Shown here piece by piece: positions 45,155-53,479 of a stretch of DNA of 64,000 nt. The stretch lies in the IMG/VR virus record IMGVR_UViG_3300005326_000040, positions 160,001-224,000 of that record, one strand, 5' to 3'. Positions within the stretch are counted from its first letter, which is position 1, and each line of letters starts with the position of its first letter. The notes below the pieces were generated by a model. The model did not search any database, was not told the DNA's origin, and saw only the letters and a list, made by a program, of their open reading frames with translations. The translations under genes were made by a program, and so were the position numbers. The stretch comes from a virus (taxonomy: Duplodnaviria > Caudoviricetes).

Positions 45155-45343
45155 ATGAGATTTTGGTTCTTTTTATTTTTCCTTCTATTTTCTTGTAATG
45201 TCAGATTAGCTCCCGTTTCTCCTCCATCTCCTTGCTCTTTACATTGTGGCTCACAATATAATCGTGAATGCTCAACCGCATATGACGCGATGTGCAATCC
45301 TATTTATCTTGAGTCGAAATGTGTTTCGGTTAAAAAGCCTTGA
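45155..45343 (+). CDS. small secreted Cys-rich protein / lipoprotein
   Basis: MRFWFFLFFLLFS-C signal, six Cys. Confidence 0.55.
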   Translation: MRFWFFLFFLLFSCNVRLAPVSPPSPCSLHCGSQYNRECSTAYDAMCNPIYLESKCVSVKKP

Positions 45344-45344
45344 T

Positions 45345-45372
45345 TTGACAATCGATTTTTGTCGTGTATAGT
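45345..45372 (+). promoter_or_regulatory. sigma70-type promoter
   Basis: TTGACA-16 nt-TATAGT with TG extension. Confidence 0.75.
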
Positions 45373-45384
45373 GGAGCAAAGAAG

Positions 45385-45666
45385 ATGAAATGTCCTAATT
45401 GTAATGAACAATTGGTTGCTTGGTGCTGGCTTGATGACGGCACCTATAAAGGTGTGTTATGCACCAATTGTAATGGCAGGTGGCATTCAGCGAAGTTCTC
45501 ACAGGAGATTCAATCTCGCGTAGCGGCTGCAATACGTGATATTGAAAAAGAAATGTTTGCAGAATGTTCCTTTCCTAAAGATGCGATTACACAAGAACAA
45601 TTCGAGCAGTTATGTCATGATGAAGAAGCGTATTGTAAGTATTTTGGGTTTAATGAAAACGGATAA
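45385..45666 (+). CDS. Zn-ribbon protein
   Basis: GGAG RBS; CPNC..CTNC. Confidence 0.7.
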   Translation: MKCPNCNEQLVAWCWLDDGTYKGVLCTNCNGRWHSAKFSQEIQSRVAAAIRDIEKEMFAECSFPKDAITQEQFEQLCHDEEAYCKYFGFNENG

Positions 45667-45716
45667 TTAAACTAATAATACTTGTGTATCTATTCAATTT
45701 GGGCCTAAGGAGCTAA

Positions 45717-45881
45717 ATGAAAAAAGATTATCTTATCATCAAATACGAATGCAATAAATGCGGACAGGAAACTGATTTCAAAATAGACAACCGGTTCATG
45801 AATTGTACTGGTTGTTCATACATGTTCGATATTTACAATTGGGAAGATAACGAGCCAAAACGTTCCGAGCAAAAAAAGTAG
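45717..45881 (+). CDS. 54-aa Zn-ribbon protein (not in ORF track)
   Basis: AAGGAG RBS; MKKDYLIIKYECNKCGQETDF...CTGCSY. Confidence 0.65.
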   Translation: MKKDYLIIKYECNKCGQETDFKIDNRFMNCTGCSYMFDIYNWEDNEPKRSEQKK

Positions 45882-45942
45882 CAATTTAGCTTGCTTACAT
45901 AATTTACACTTTTTCTTTCTAGTACTTTTTTGGTGTAACGGT

Positions 45943-46551
45943 ATGCGGGCAAATGGAAAAAAAATACATATAGGCGAAGCAGTTCGAATTATTCAAGACC
46001 TTCGATATCCAAGCACTGCTACTGGACAAGATGCAATTTATGTTGGAAGATGCTTTATTCATAATGGTAATCGTTATTTAGGGCCTAGAAATCTTCCAAA
46101 TGTAAAGGCTAAGTTTATCCTTGGAGACAAAGGTTATATATGGGAGCACGAGTGTTATTGGGTCTCTCTTCGCGACGCTATGCTGATTGAAGCTAATCTT
46201 GCAAAAGCTACTGAAGGATGTGAATTGGAGATTCAACGCCGATTAGAAGAAGAGCTACAAAAGATGTTGGCCGAACCTAAAGTTGAAATCAGCGGCATTA
46301 TTGACAGCGTTCGTTCTTTTGGTAAGATAGTGTTTGTGAAGCTGGGTGACGGTTGGACTATCGTCTGTAAAGAAAGCGTTCTTGGCCCAGAATTCATGAG
46401 AAAATTAAAGGGAAGATTCCAACCGGGCGTTGCTATAGCAGCAAGTGGCCCGCTTATTGAATCGAATTCTTCAGATAAAATCATTTGTGCTGTAAGCCTT
46501 TGTGGCCTCGATACCGAAGGAGCGCAGGAAAATGAGGATCGGAACATTTAG
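45943..46551 (+). CDS. protein with C-terminal OB-fold resembling aminoacyl-tRNA synthetase anticodon-binding domain
   Basis: VEISGIIDSVRSFGKIVFVKLGDG..IVC..G..I.ASG.L resembles class IIb (Asp/Asn/Lys) aaRS OB domain. Confidence 0.6.
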   Translation: MRANGKKIHIGEAVRIIQDLRYPSTATGQDAIYVGRCFIHNGNRYLGPRNLPNVKAKFILGDKGYIWEHECYWVSLRDAMLIEANLAKATEGCELEIQRRLEEELQKMLAEPKVEISGIIDSVRSFGKIVFVKLGDGWTIVCKESVLGPEFMRKLKGRFQPGVAIAASGPLIESNSSDKIICAVSLCGLDTEGAQENEDRNI

Positions 46552-46780
46552 TTCTCTGAGCAATCCCAAAAAACGTTATTCGATTTTCCGCGATGGAAGA
46601 AAAATTGCTAATGGCGGAGAAGGCATCAATTGGCGATGCAGCTGCGAACAAGGCGCTGAATGTAGCCATCTCAAATGCCTTTGGGCTTTTGCGAGAGTTG
46701 ATAAGTTGCAGTGTCTATTAGACGCTAATTTGTTGACGCTTACCCGTTCTGGGAAAAGTTTTTTCAAAGTAAAAGTGTAA
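46532..46780 (+). CDS. SWIM Zn-finger protein
   Basis: WRCSC....CSH motif. Confidence 0.7.
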   Translation: MRIGTFSSLSNPKKRYSIFRDGRKIANGGEGINWRCSCEQGAECSHLKCLWAFARVDKLQCLLDANLLTLTRSGKSFFKVKV

Positions 46781-46789
46781 GGACATGTT

Positions 46790-47086
46790 ATGCCTAAAGG
46801 TATCCGTTGTAAACATAGTTGGGAGCGGATTGGTTTTATTGGGGATCCACTAGTATCTGGTTATTACTGTTGTGAAGTTCAAGAACGCTGTACGTTATGT
46901 AATACAAGACGTTCTCGAACCTCAACTGAAGCAGAACATCAGGCTGAATTCAATTCAAGAATTTGCTCTAAGTGTAAGTTGCCAAAAGCCGATCATATTT
47001 GTGATGATTGTGTGTCTGCCTTGATCAAGAAAATTAATGAACTTGATGAACGGCTTTCAGATTTGGAAAGGTGGAAAAATGGCTAA
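46790..47086 (+). CDS. Cys-rich hypothetical protein
   Basis: AAGGA RBS; several CxxC. Confidence 0.7.
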   Translation: MPKGIRCKHSWERIGFIGDPLVSGYYCCEVQERCTLCNTRRSRTSTEAEHQAEFNSRICSKCKLPKADHICDDCVSALIKKINELDERLSDLERWKNG

Positions 47087-47250
47087 GGATGATTCAAAAC
47101 CATATATAGATGTAACCTCTATTATCTGGAATGGTTTTGAGCATGCCACCGATGATGAGCTTTATGAAATGCTCAAAACCGGTCTAATTTATCGGCCATA
47201 TACGCCGCTTCAAGTTTCTTGCATAACACCAAACAAAGCGTCAAAAGACA

Positions 47251-47484
47251 ATGAAAAACATTAGTTTCAAGTTGTTATGTGTTGCGGTGCTTTTTGTTTT
47301 AGGTTGTGGCTCTTCTTCTGAGGAGCTTGAGCCAGAGTGTGGTGATGCAGGAGAAGTCGTTTCTTGTGAGTGTACGGTAGGTGTGTCAGGGTATAAGAGA
47401 TGTTTTGTGGACCGATGGACTCCCTGCTCTTGCTGGGATGAAGACGCTTCACCTAGTACCAAATGGGAACCTTGTGGGCAATAG
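47251..47484 (+). CDS. Cys-rich lipoprotein
   Basis: AVLFVLG-C lipobox; C.C..G..G...C....W..C.C pattern. Confidence 0.7.
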   Translation: MKNISFKLLCVAVLFVLGCGSSSEELEPECGDAGEVVSCECTVGVSGYKRCFVDRWTPCSCWDEDASPSTKWEPCGQ

Positions 47485-47500
47485 AGCTTGAGGTAAAATA

Positions 47501-47875
47501 ATGGCAAAACAAAATGTGAAGCTTATTCTTACTGCTGAAGAAGAGCAATTGATTTTGAAGAAGCGTGAAGAGGAGAAAAATCAAAAGCGTGAAGATGAGG
47601 AAAGTCAAAAACCAAAGAAGACAGGAGTTCTAAAGCACGATCTTTATGATTTTAGCCCAGTGCGAATATATGAGCGGCTTTTTTCCGATCAGGAACGAAA
47701 AGCAGCTATTGAAAATTTTGAAGACCGTTTTACTTTAGTAGCAAAAGCCGGAGCTATATTTGATTGTTATATTGATAACGGTGTTGAAGGATGGTATGAT
47801 AGAGAATATGGTTTAGAAGATTTGAGTGAAAAATGGGCAAAAGAGAATTTGACAAACATTAAACGATGTGATTAG
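47501..47875 (+). CDS. hypothetical protein
   Basis: GAGGT RBS, 124 aa. Confidence 0.75.
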   Translation: MAKQNVKLILTAEEEQLILKKREEEKNQKREDEESQKPKKTGVLKHDLYDFSPVRIYERLFSDQERKAAIENFEDRFTLVAKAGAIFDCYIDNGVEGWYDREYGLEDLSEKWAKENLTNIKRCD

Positions 47876-47975
47876 AAGTTGTAATTGGAACTATTCGTTT
47901 AGTTATCATAGCGCCCGTCAATTCAGTTCGCAAGAAAAAGCATAGTATTTTGAAGCGCCGCTATATAGAAGCGGC

Positions 47976-48380
47976 ATGTCAGATTGCCTCTTTCTTCCAG
48001 AAGAAAAAACCAAGGTTTGTACAATTTGTCTGGTAAGCAAGTCTTTATCACATTTTGCTCCAAACAGAGGAAGATGTGATGAGTGCGAAGATAAACATAA
48101 AAACTATTTGCGGCAATATGTCAGAGGTCTAAAATCAAAACCGTGTGCAGATTGTGGTGAGAAGTTCCCATATTATGTAATGGATTTTGACCATTTAGAT
48201 GAGCAGACAAAACGTTCTAACATATCAAAATTGATGAATGAGAGATGTACCCTTCAGTTTTTGAAGGACGAGCTTGCGAAGTGCGAGCTTGTATGCGCCA
48301 ATTGCCACAGAAAGCGTACTTTTCAGAGAAGAGACGCAACGAAGCCGTCAAACCCTCTCTGCCCGGTTAAAATAGGCTAA
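47976..48380 (+). CDS. HNH endonuclease
   Basis: CADC..MDFDHLD...KCELVCANCHRKRT; paralog of 41548. Confidence 0.88.
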   Translation: MSDCLFLPEEKTKVCTICLVSKSLSHFAPNRGRCDECEDKHKNYLRQYVRGLKSKPCADCGEKFPYYVMDFDHLDEQTKRSNISKLMNERCTLQFLKDELAKCELVCANCHRKRTFQRRDATKPSNPLCPVKIG

Positions 48381-48709
48381 AAACCGTACTTTTCATCAGG
48401 CTGGATTTCCCCGTCATATGGGTGCTTTCCAAAGAGAGCTTGATATACTTCGCACATTTTCATCAAATAATGATGGCTTGTTTCAAGCTGAAGCTGTAAA
48501 GAGTGTAATAGACAGGCGTGATTAAGACTATCTGTCCTATTTTTGACTCTTTCTATTTCATCTGTTAGTTCCATAAGGTCTTTTCTAGCTTCTTCGATGT
48601 CTTCTAGAAAGCCTTTTTGCATTTCATGTTCTTCGTATGCCTTAACTTTTTGTGTTATGTAATCAATAAAGCTATTATGTGATGCTTCATCACCTGATTC
48701 GGAAGTCAT
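48377..48709 (-). CDS. coiled-coil hypothetical protein
   Basis: AGGTG RBS before MTSESG at 48709. Confidence 0.65.
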   Translation of the reverse strand: MTSESGDEASHNSFIDYITQKVKAYEEHEMQKGFLEDIEEARKDLMELTDEIERVKNRTDSLNHACLLHSLQLQLETSHHYLMKMCEVYQALFGKHPYDGEIQPDEKYGF

Positions 48710-48811
48710 AACGTCACCTTTGAAAAAATTGTAATATTTCGGTGTATTTGCGTTGCTTTCATCTTTATGGTATACAATTAGCTGTAGCGGTTTTGAAAGG
48801 AAATTAGCCAA

Positions 48812-49114
48812 ATGTCTGATCAAGAAGAAAAAAAAGAATTGACTCCTCTGGAGTGGCTTGAAATTCAAATGCTAGAGCACCCTCAGCATACCAATATATA
48901 CCAGCCTGTGGTTGATAGGCTTCGTGCTCTGCGCGATGGGCAGCCATTGACGGTAGAAAACCCCCAATTTGGGGCGATGAAGCTTCGTATTGCTACAAGT
49001 GTGTGGTTGCCGTCAAACATGAGCTTGGGGGAATTCTTTGCTGAATTGAAACGAATTGAGAAACTGGTAAATGAAAATTCGAAAATTAAAACCCAATTTG
49101 AAATGGGAGAATAA
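48812..49114 (+). CDS. hypothetical protein
   Basis: AAGGA RBS, 100 aa. Confidence 0.7.
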   Translation: MSDQEEKKELTPLEWLEIQMLEHPQHTNIYQPVVDRLRALRDGQPLTVENPQFGAMKLRIATSVWLPSNMSLGEFFAELKRIEKLVNENSKIKTQFEMGE

Positions 49115-49124
49115 CTTGCCTCAT

Positions 49125-49152
49125 TTGACACGGATGAAACTTGGTGTATGAT
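49125..49152 (+). promoter_or_regulatory. sigma70-type promoter
   Basis: TTGACA-16 nt-TATGAT with TG extension. Confidence 0.75.
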
Positions 49153-49228
49153 GGGTTCAGCAGTTGACGAACAAGCTGTGTTCTAGCTTGTCGATAACCT
49201 AATGAATCTTCACGGATTGGAGCTTTAG

Positions 49229-49765
49229 ATGGTAACTATTACTAAGACCGTACACTTTGTTCTGAATAATCAGAAAAATGACATTACGCTTACGGAGCTT
49301 AAGAAGAATTATTCGCGCCCGGACATCCTCAAGCTGTTCGAAACGCTTCAGGGGTTGGGATATGGCGAATTCCGTATGGGGAGTCGCGGACGTGGTCAGT
49401 GCAGCCGGTTTATCAAGAACGATTCTTGCCCGGTAGAATTCGATCTTGTTCTCACGGAGTCGCCGAATCGTGGTCGCCCTCGTAAGGTTCTGGACATTCC
49501 TGGTATCGAAGCCGAAAATACGCCTATTGTTGGGGGCAATGGGTTGCTTCCAGATAGCGATTCTTCCAAGGAGCAGCTGCAAGCGGCTTTGGACAGTATT
49601 GATGAAGCAGATAGTGAAGAGTCTGAAAACCTGGAACAGATGGTTTCTGATCTTTCTATCGTTTCCAACATTGCGGACGCTACGGCAACTTCTGTTGCGG
49701 TAGGCGATGACGAGCAGGATTCGGTTGACGACGACGAAGACGACGCAGATTGTCTTGAAGCATAG
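49229..49765 (+). CDS. winged-helix-like paralog family member C with AT-hook and acidic tail
   Basis: SRPDILKLFETLQGLGYGEFRMGSRGRGQCSRF..NDSCP; RGRPRK; D/E-rich C-terminus. Confidence 0.8.
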   Translation: MVTITKTVHFVLNNQKNDITLTELKKNYSRPDILKLFETLQGLGYGEFRMGSRGRGQCSRFIKNDSCPVEFDLVLTESPNRGRPRKVLDIPGIEAENTPIVGGNGLLPDSDSSKEQLQAALDSIDEADSEESENLEQMVSDLSIVSNIADATATSVAVGDDEQDSVDDDEDDADCLEA

Positions 49766-49782
49766 TCCATCCAAGCTCTTTT

Positions 49783-49837
49783 AGCAGGGCAGAGAAGAAA
49801 TTTTTGATTTCTCAAGTCATTCTTCTCTGTCTTTGCT
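49783..49837 (+). terminator. long hairpin (terminator or processing stem)
   Basis: AGCAGGGCAGAGAAGAA pairs with TTCTTCTCTGTCTTTGCT with one bulge. Confidence 0.5.
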
Positions 49838-49850
49838 ATATAGAAGGTGC

Positions 49851-50321
49851 ATGGATGATAACAAAAGCTTTCTAGCAAGATTTGGCGGCGAGTGGGTTTA
49901 TGCGGAAGATGGCGTGAACAAGTATCTTGGGCGCGTTGTTTCCCTTGGTATTGAAAAAGGTGTGCCTATAGACAAGGCTGAGGCTTTGAATAATTGGCAA
50001 ACTAAGAACGTAATTTCTCTTAGCCCTGTTTTTCAGTATATCAGCAGGCTGGTTCCTCAGCAGACGGCAGAGGGAACATCCATTGCGCGAGATTCTGCGG
50101 CGCTACCATATGACCTCATGTTGGATGACAAGGCGAGGATTTTCCTCAAGCCAGTTATGCTGACATTCCTGTCAGAAATGGATGGCCGTGACCGGCAGCA
50201 GTATCAATCTCTTATTGAGAATTGCGCTGACATTATGGCGAAAACCAGATTTGCCGCTTCAGGACTTACGTTGGCATCATCAATGCCATCAAACGGTTCA
50301 TTAATTCAGATGAAAAGGTAA
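49851..50321 (+). CDS. hypothetical protein
   Basis: AAGGTG RBS before ATG 49851. Confidence 0.75.
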   Translation: MDDNKSFLARFGGEWVYAEDGVNKYLGRVVSLGIEKGVPIDKAEALNNWQTKNVISLSPVFQYISRLVPQQTAEGTSIARDSAALPYDLMLDDKARIFLKPVMLTFLSEMDGRDRQQYQSLIENCADIMAKTRFAASGLTLASSMPSNGSLIQMKR

Positions 50322-50912
50322 TTGATTATGCCGAAGACGCCTAAAACGATGGAAGACCGGGTAGAGAAGCTTGAGTTTCAGGTAAACTCATTGACGAAAT
50401 TACTCGGAAAGGTTGTTGGCGGATTGAATTCCGAGCTTTCAGAGCTTGTAGATGCAATTGGAAGTCCAGCAGCTTCAAAGCCTGTTCTGGTTATGGTGAA
50501 GGATTCTTCTCCTGCTGAGGAGAAGCCTGTTCCAGCAGAGCCTGTCGTAGCTCCATTGAAGAATGATGATGTTACGTCTGGTCAATATGGAGATCCGAAG
50601 GTGTTTCGAGATCCTCCGGACTGGTCTGGAAAGTCTTACGAGAACAAGTTGTTTTCCGAATGTCCTTCGGCTTATCTCTTGGAGCTAGCTCGCTATTACG
50701 ATTGGGCTGCGGCTGATGACAAGAAGAAAAACACGCTTGCTACCAATGGCAAACCGCGCCATATTTACCGTGAACTCGACGCGAAACGCGCTAGGGCATG
50801 GGCCAAAAAGGTAGATGCCAGAGAATCCAGCCCTCAGGTGGATTCTGAAAAGTCGAAAAGCGCTTTGATCGATCCGAACGACCCTAATTATTCTTTCGAC
50901 GACGCGGAATAA
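50322..50912 (+). CDS. hypothetical protein
   Basis: 196-aa ORF; GKS...LFSECPSAYL...W segment weakly DUF3820-like. Confidence 0.75.
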   Translation: MIMPKTPKTMEDRVEKLEFQVNSLTKLLGKVVGGLNSELSELVDAIGSPAASKPVLVMVKDSSPAEEKPVPAEPVVAPLKNDDVTSGQYGDPKVFRDPPDWSGKSYENKLFSECPSAYLLELARYYDWAAADDKKKNTLATNGKPRHIYRELDAKRARAWAKKVDARESSPQVDSEKSKSALIDPNDPNYSFDDAE

Positions 50913-50926
50913 TTTTTCTTATCCCC

Positions 50927-50954
50927 TTGACAGCACAATATAACTTCTTATAAT
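50927..50954 (+). promoter_or_regulatory. sigma70 consensus promoter for small heat-shock gene
   Basis: TTGACA-16 nt-TATAAT. Confidence 0.85.
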
Positions 50955-50984
50955 GTGGCAAAACCCATATAGGAGGTATTAAAT

Positions 50985-51362
50985 ATGCGTGATTTTGAAC
51001 GTGTTGTAAAATCGTTATTCGACGACCCAACATATAAAAGTTTTTCTACGTCTTCAAAGTTACATACTTTTTCGGAAGTAAAAGATGATGACGGCGTATT
51101 GTACGTCGATCTTCCGGGCGTAAGCAAAGAAGATGTGATGCTTCAATATCAGCCGCCAACGAAATTGAATGAATTTGGTAAATTGGCGATTGCTGCTAAA
51201 AGAACTGTTGGGGGCACGAAAGATATTGAAACGGAGATTTTTGTAAATGCGCTGTTTGATTGGGATGGCGTAAAAGCTACCATGAAAGATGGCGTTTTGA
51301 CTCTTAAGGTTAAAAAAAGGGAGGATGGAGCAGGCAAATTGAAATCAATTAAAATCGAATAG
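50985..51362 (+). CDS. small heat-shock protein Hsp20/alpha-crystallin
   Basis: AGGAGGT RBS; VDLPGVSKEDV, VKATMKDGVLTL. Confidence 0.92.
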   Translation: MRDFERVVKSLFDDPTYKSFSTSSKLHTFSEVKDDDGVLYVDLPGVSKEDVMLQYQPPTKLNEFGKLAIAAKRTVGGTKDIETEIFVNALFDWDGVKATMKDGVLTLKVKKREDGAGKLKSIKIE

Positions 51363-51367
51363 CGCAC

Positions 51368-51395
51368 TTGACAATGGTTTTTTCTCTGGTATGTT
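51368..51395 (+). promoter_or_regulatory. sigma70-type promoter
   Basis: TTGACA-16 nt-TATGTT. Confidence 0.6.
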
Positions 51396-51475
51396 GATGG
51401 AAGTTGCTGCGCAGCCGTATTCCTATTGCAGACCGAATGTGTGGTTGTCTTTTCTAAAAAAGGCGGAATCTCAAA

Positions 51476-52093
51476 ATGAGTAGTAATGTTTTTGCCAAAG
51501 ACGAAAACGCAAATGAAGGCTCCAACCGAGCAAATTTTGAATCTAGAAGGCTTACGTACCCCAAGAATAAGTTGAATATCGTATCGCGCGGGTACATTGA
51601 AACGGAAAAGGATCCCAAAACCGGTGAGGAATATGACCTTATTGCAATTCGGCCAGACGTTCCTGTTTCTGCCTATTTGAATGATTTGTGTTTTTTGGTT
51701 ACAATTCCGAATCAGGACCAAACATATGCTCCTGCCTACGTTCGATTGCAGGAAAAAACTGGCGAAGAGGAGCAGCAGGATGAAGTTCGAAGCTTTACCG
51801 GAGTATCCTGTAAGGCTTTGGTGAAGAAGAGTAGGAACACTGACGGTGAAATCATCGTTTGTGCGCCTCGAACTAGGGTTCTGGTGCAGTTGAATCGTCT
51901 CGTGATTCAGGCTGAGATTCCACTGGAAGATGAACTAGAGACGATGGTGCATTTCAAGCCTAGAGCATCACGACCGAGGGTGCAGCGACGTGCAAATGGC
52001 GTAGGTTATACTGCTCAGCCAATTCGGGAAGAGGGAAATGCCGATGCTGGGCACTATGATGTTCCGGAACAAGGCGGAGTAGTCAAGAGCTAA
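51476..52093 (+). CDS. hypothetical protein
   Basis: 205-aa ORF followed by terminator. Confidence 0.8.
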   Translation: MSSNVFAKDENANEGSNRANFESRRLTYPKNKLNIVSRGYIETEKDPKTGEEYDLIAIRPDVPVSAYLNDLCFLVTIPNQDQTYAPAYVRLQEKTGEEEQQDEVRSFTGVSCKALVKKSRNTDGEIIVCAPRTRVLVQLNRLVIQAEIPLEDELETMVHFKPRASRPRVQRRANGVGYTAQPIREEGNADAGHYDVPEQGGVVKS

Positions 52094-52120
52094 TCTGCGC
52101 TGAAATTAAAAGATAGGTGG

Positions 52121-52156
52121 CGGGCTAAAGGGCTGGACTCTTTGGCCCGTTTTCCT
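52121..52156. terminator. terminator between convergent genes
   Basis: CGGGCTAAAG/CTTTGGCCCG stem, T-run. Confidence 0.7.
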
Positions 52157-52529
52157 ATTTGCAAATCGTGTCAAGGTCGGTGCAGTTTTCAGGGGTGATA
52201 CGAGAAGCACAGTCAACCTGACTGCATGTTGAAACTTTTGCCATACAAGCAGGGTTAAGTTGTACCGAATTGAGTTGAGTATCAACACACCATTTAGTGC
52301 ATTCTGCTACAGCTGCATCAGTACCAGCATCCATATCGCCTAGATATTGGAAGCACTCTACGTCTTGTTTCGTTTGCCCTAAATCGAGTGCATGCTCGCA
52401 GAAAGTAGGACAAGCTTCTTTTCCTGGCTCTTCACGGATATAAGGCTGAGCAGGATCTCGTCCTGCGCATGAGGCGCCAATAATGGTTGGCATAAGAATC
52501 ATAATTAGGATTGTTAATAGCTTTTTCAT
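52155..52529 (-). CDS. Cys-rich lipoprotein
   Basis: MKKLL...IIGAS-C lipobox; ten further Cys; DAGTDAA linker. Confidence 0.75.
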   Translation of the reverse strand: MKKLLTILIMILMPTIIGASCAGRDPAQPYIREEPGKEACPTFCEHALDLGQTKQDVECFQYLGDMDAGTDAAVAECTKWCVDTQLNSVQLNPACMAKVSTCSQVDCASRITPENCTDLDTICK

Positions 52530-52536
52530 TTTTCTC

Positions 52537-53418
52537 TTACATGGTTAGAACAAACAAATCGCGAGTGATACTGGAGGAAATGTAGCTCGGTGTGAAGTAG
52601 GTGTAGCCTTGATCGCCCCAACCAAGTCCCCAGGAGTTACGAACCTCAAAGGCGTTTTCGTATTGTGACCATCCTGTAATCACCATTGCGTGTCGTCCGA
52701 TAAATCCAGTGGTCGGCGGGCTTACAATCTTCTTTCCTTGGACGCCTAGGAACTCTTTATTAAGGGACGTACCAAATACAACAGCGTGTCCTGAATTGAG
52801 AGTTTTGATGACATCGGTAATTCGTTTGTCGCCAGTTGAGTTGATAGAATAGAAGTTTACGTACTGTGGTTTTGTGCTGTATGCTGTTCGATAAGCTAGT
52901 GGGCTTGGGCGAGTAAAAACTTTGCTCGTGTCATAGGGCCATAGCGCTTCGGTAGGTACGCCATATCTACGCAGGCAATCAAAAGCGAGAGCAATATAAG
53001 TTCCCTTATCAACGTTGGCCGCTGGTGGGAATTGGTTGTTTCTTGCATTCCAATAAAGGAACAAACGAGATACGTCATCAATAAGGTCTGGCGAAACGTT
53101 TCTAAACCGAGCGAGTTCAGCTTCTGCTGTATCAGCCGTTGCGTTCGCGACGCAAGACCCTAGAGAATACTGATCGCTGACAGGCTTGAAGTACTTTCGA
53201 ACAGAAACTTCTGAAGCTACTGGAGTTCCAGCAAGCGGGCTGTGAGCGAAATCGATTGTTTCCTTGTCAATCTTGGTGGCTTCTAGGTTGTGTTCAATAA
53301 AACCGGAATTTAGGACAACGTTTCCTAGCAATGCTGCGCCTGCCAGGATTTGAGCCGGGCTGTTGATAACAGTAGTTCTTGTGAAAATGTTGGATATGGT
53401 TGAAAGGAGAGTTCCCAT
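52537..53418 (-). CDS. C1 (papain-like) cysteine peptidase
   Basis: DQYSLGSCVANA (Gln/Cys), GRHAM (His), VRNSWG..WGDQGY (Asn). Confidence 0.93.
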   Translation of the reverse strand: MGTLLSTISNIFTRTTVINSPAQILAGAALLGNVVLNSGFIEHNLEATKIDKETIDFAHSPLAGTPVASEVSVRKYFKPVSDQYSLGSCVANATADTAEAELARFRNVSPDLIDDVSRLFLYWNARNNQFPPAANVDKGTYIALAFDCLRRYGVPTEALWPYDTSKVFTRPSPLAYRTAYSTKPQYVNFYSINSTGDKRITDVIKTLNSGHAVVFGTSLNKEFLGVQGKKIVSPPTTGFIGRHAMVITGWSQYENAFEVRNSWGLGWGDQGYTYFTPSYISSSITRDLFVLTM

Positions 53419-53445
53419 GCCTTGATGTGGCGTATTTGCTAGAAC

Positions 53446-53474
53446 TTGACTTCATGCGTGGGATGCTGTAGGAT
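53446..53474 (+). promoter_or_regulatory. sigma70-type promoter for 53480-60696 cluster
   Basis: TTGACT-17 nt-TAGGAT with TG extension. Confidence 0.55.
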
Positions 53475-53479
53475 AAGAT

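Noticed and set aside
48710-48868. Long N-terminus of minus-strand ORF 48377..48868
   Set aside because: Overlaps the 48812 gene head-to-head; an RBS-supported ATG lies at 48709
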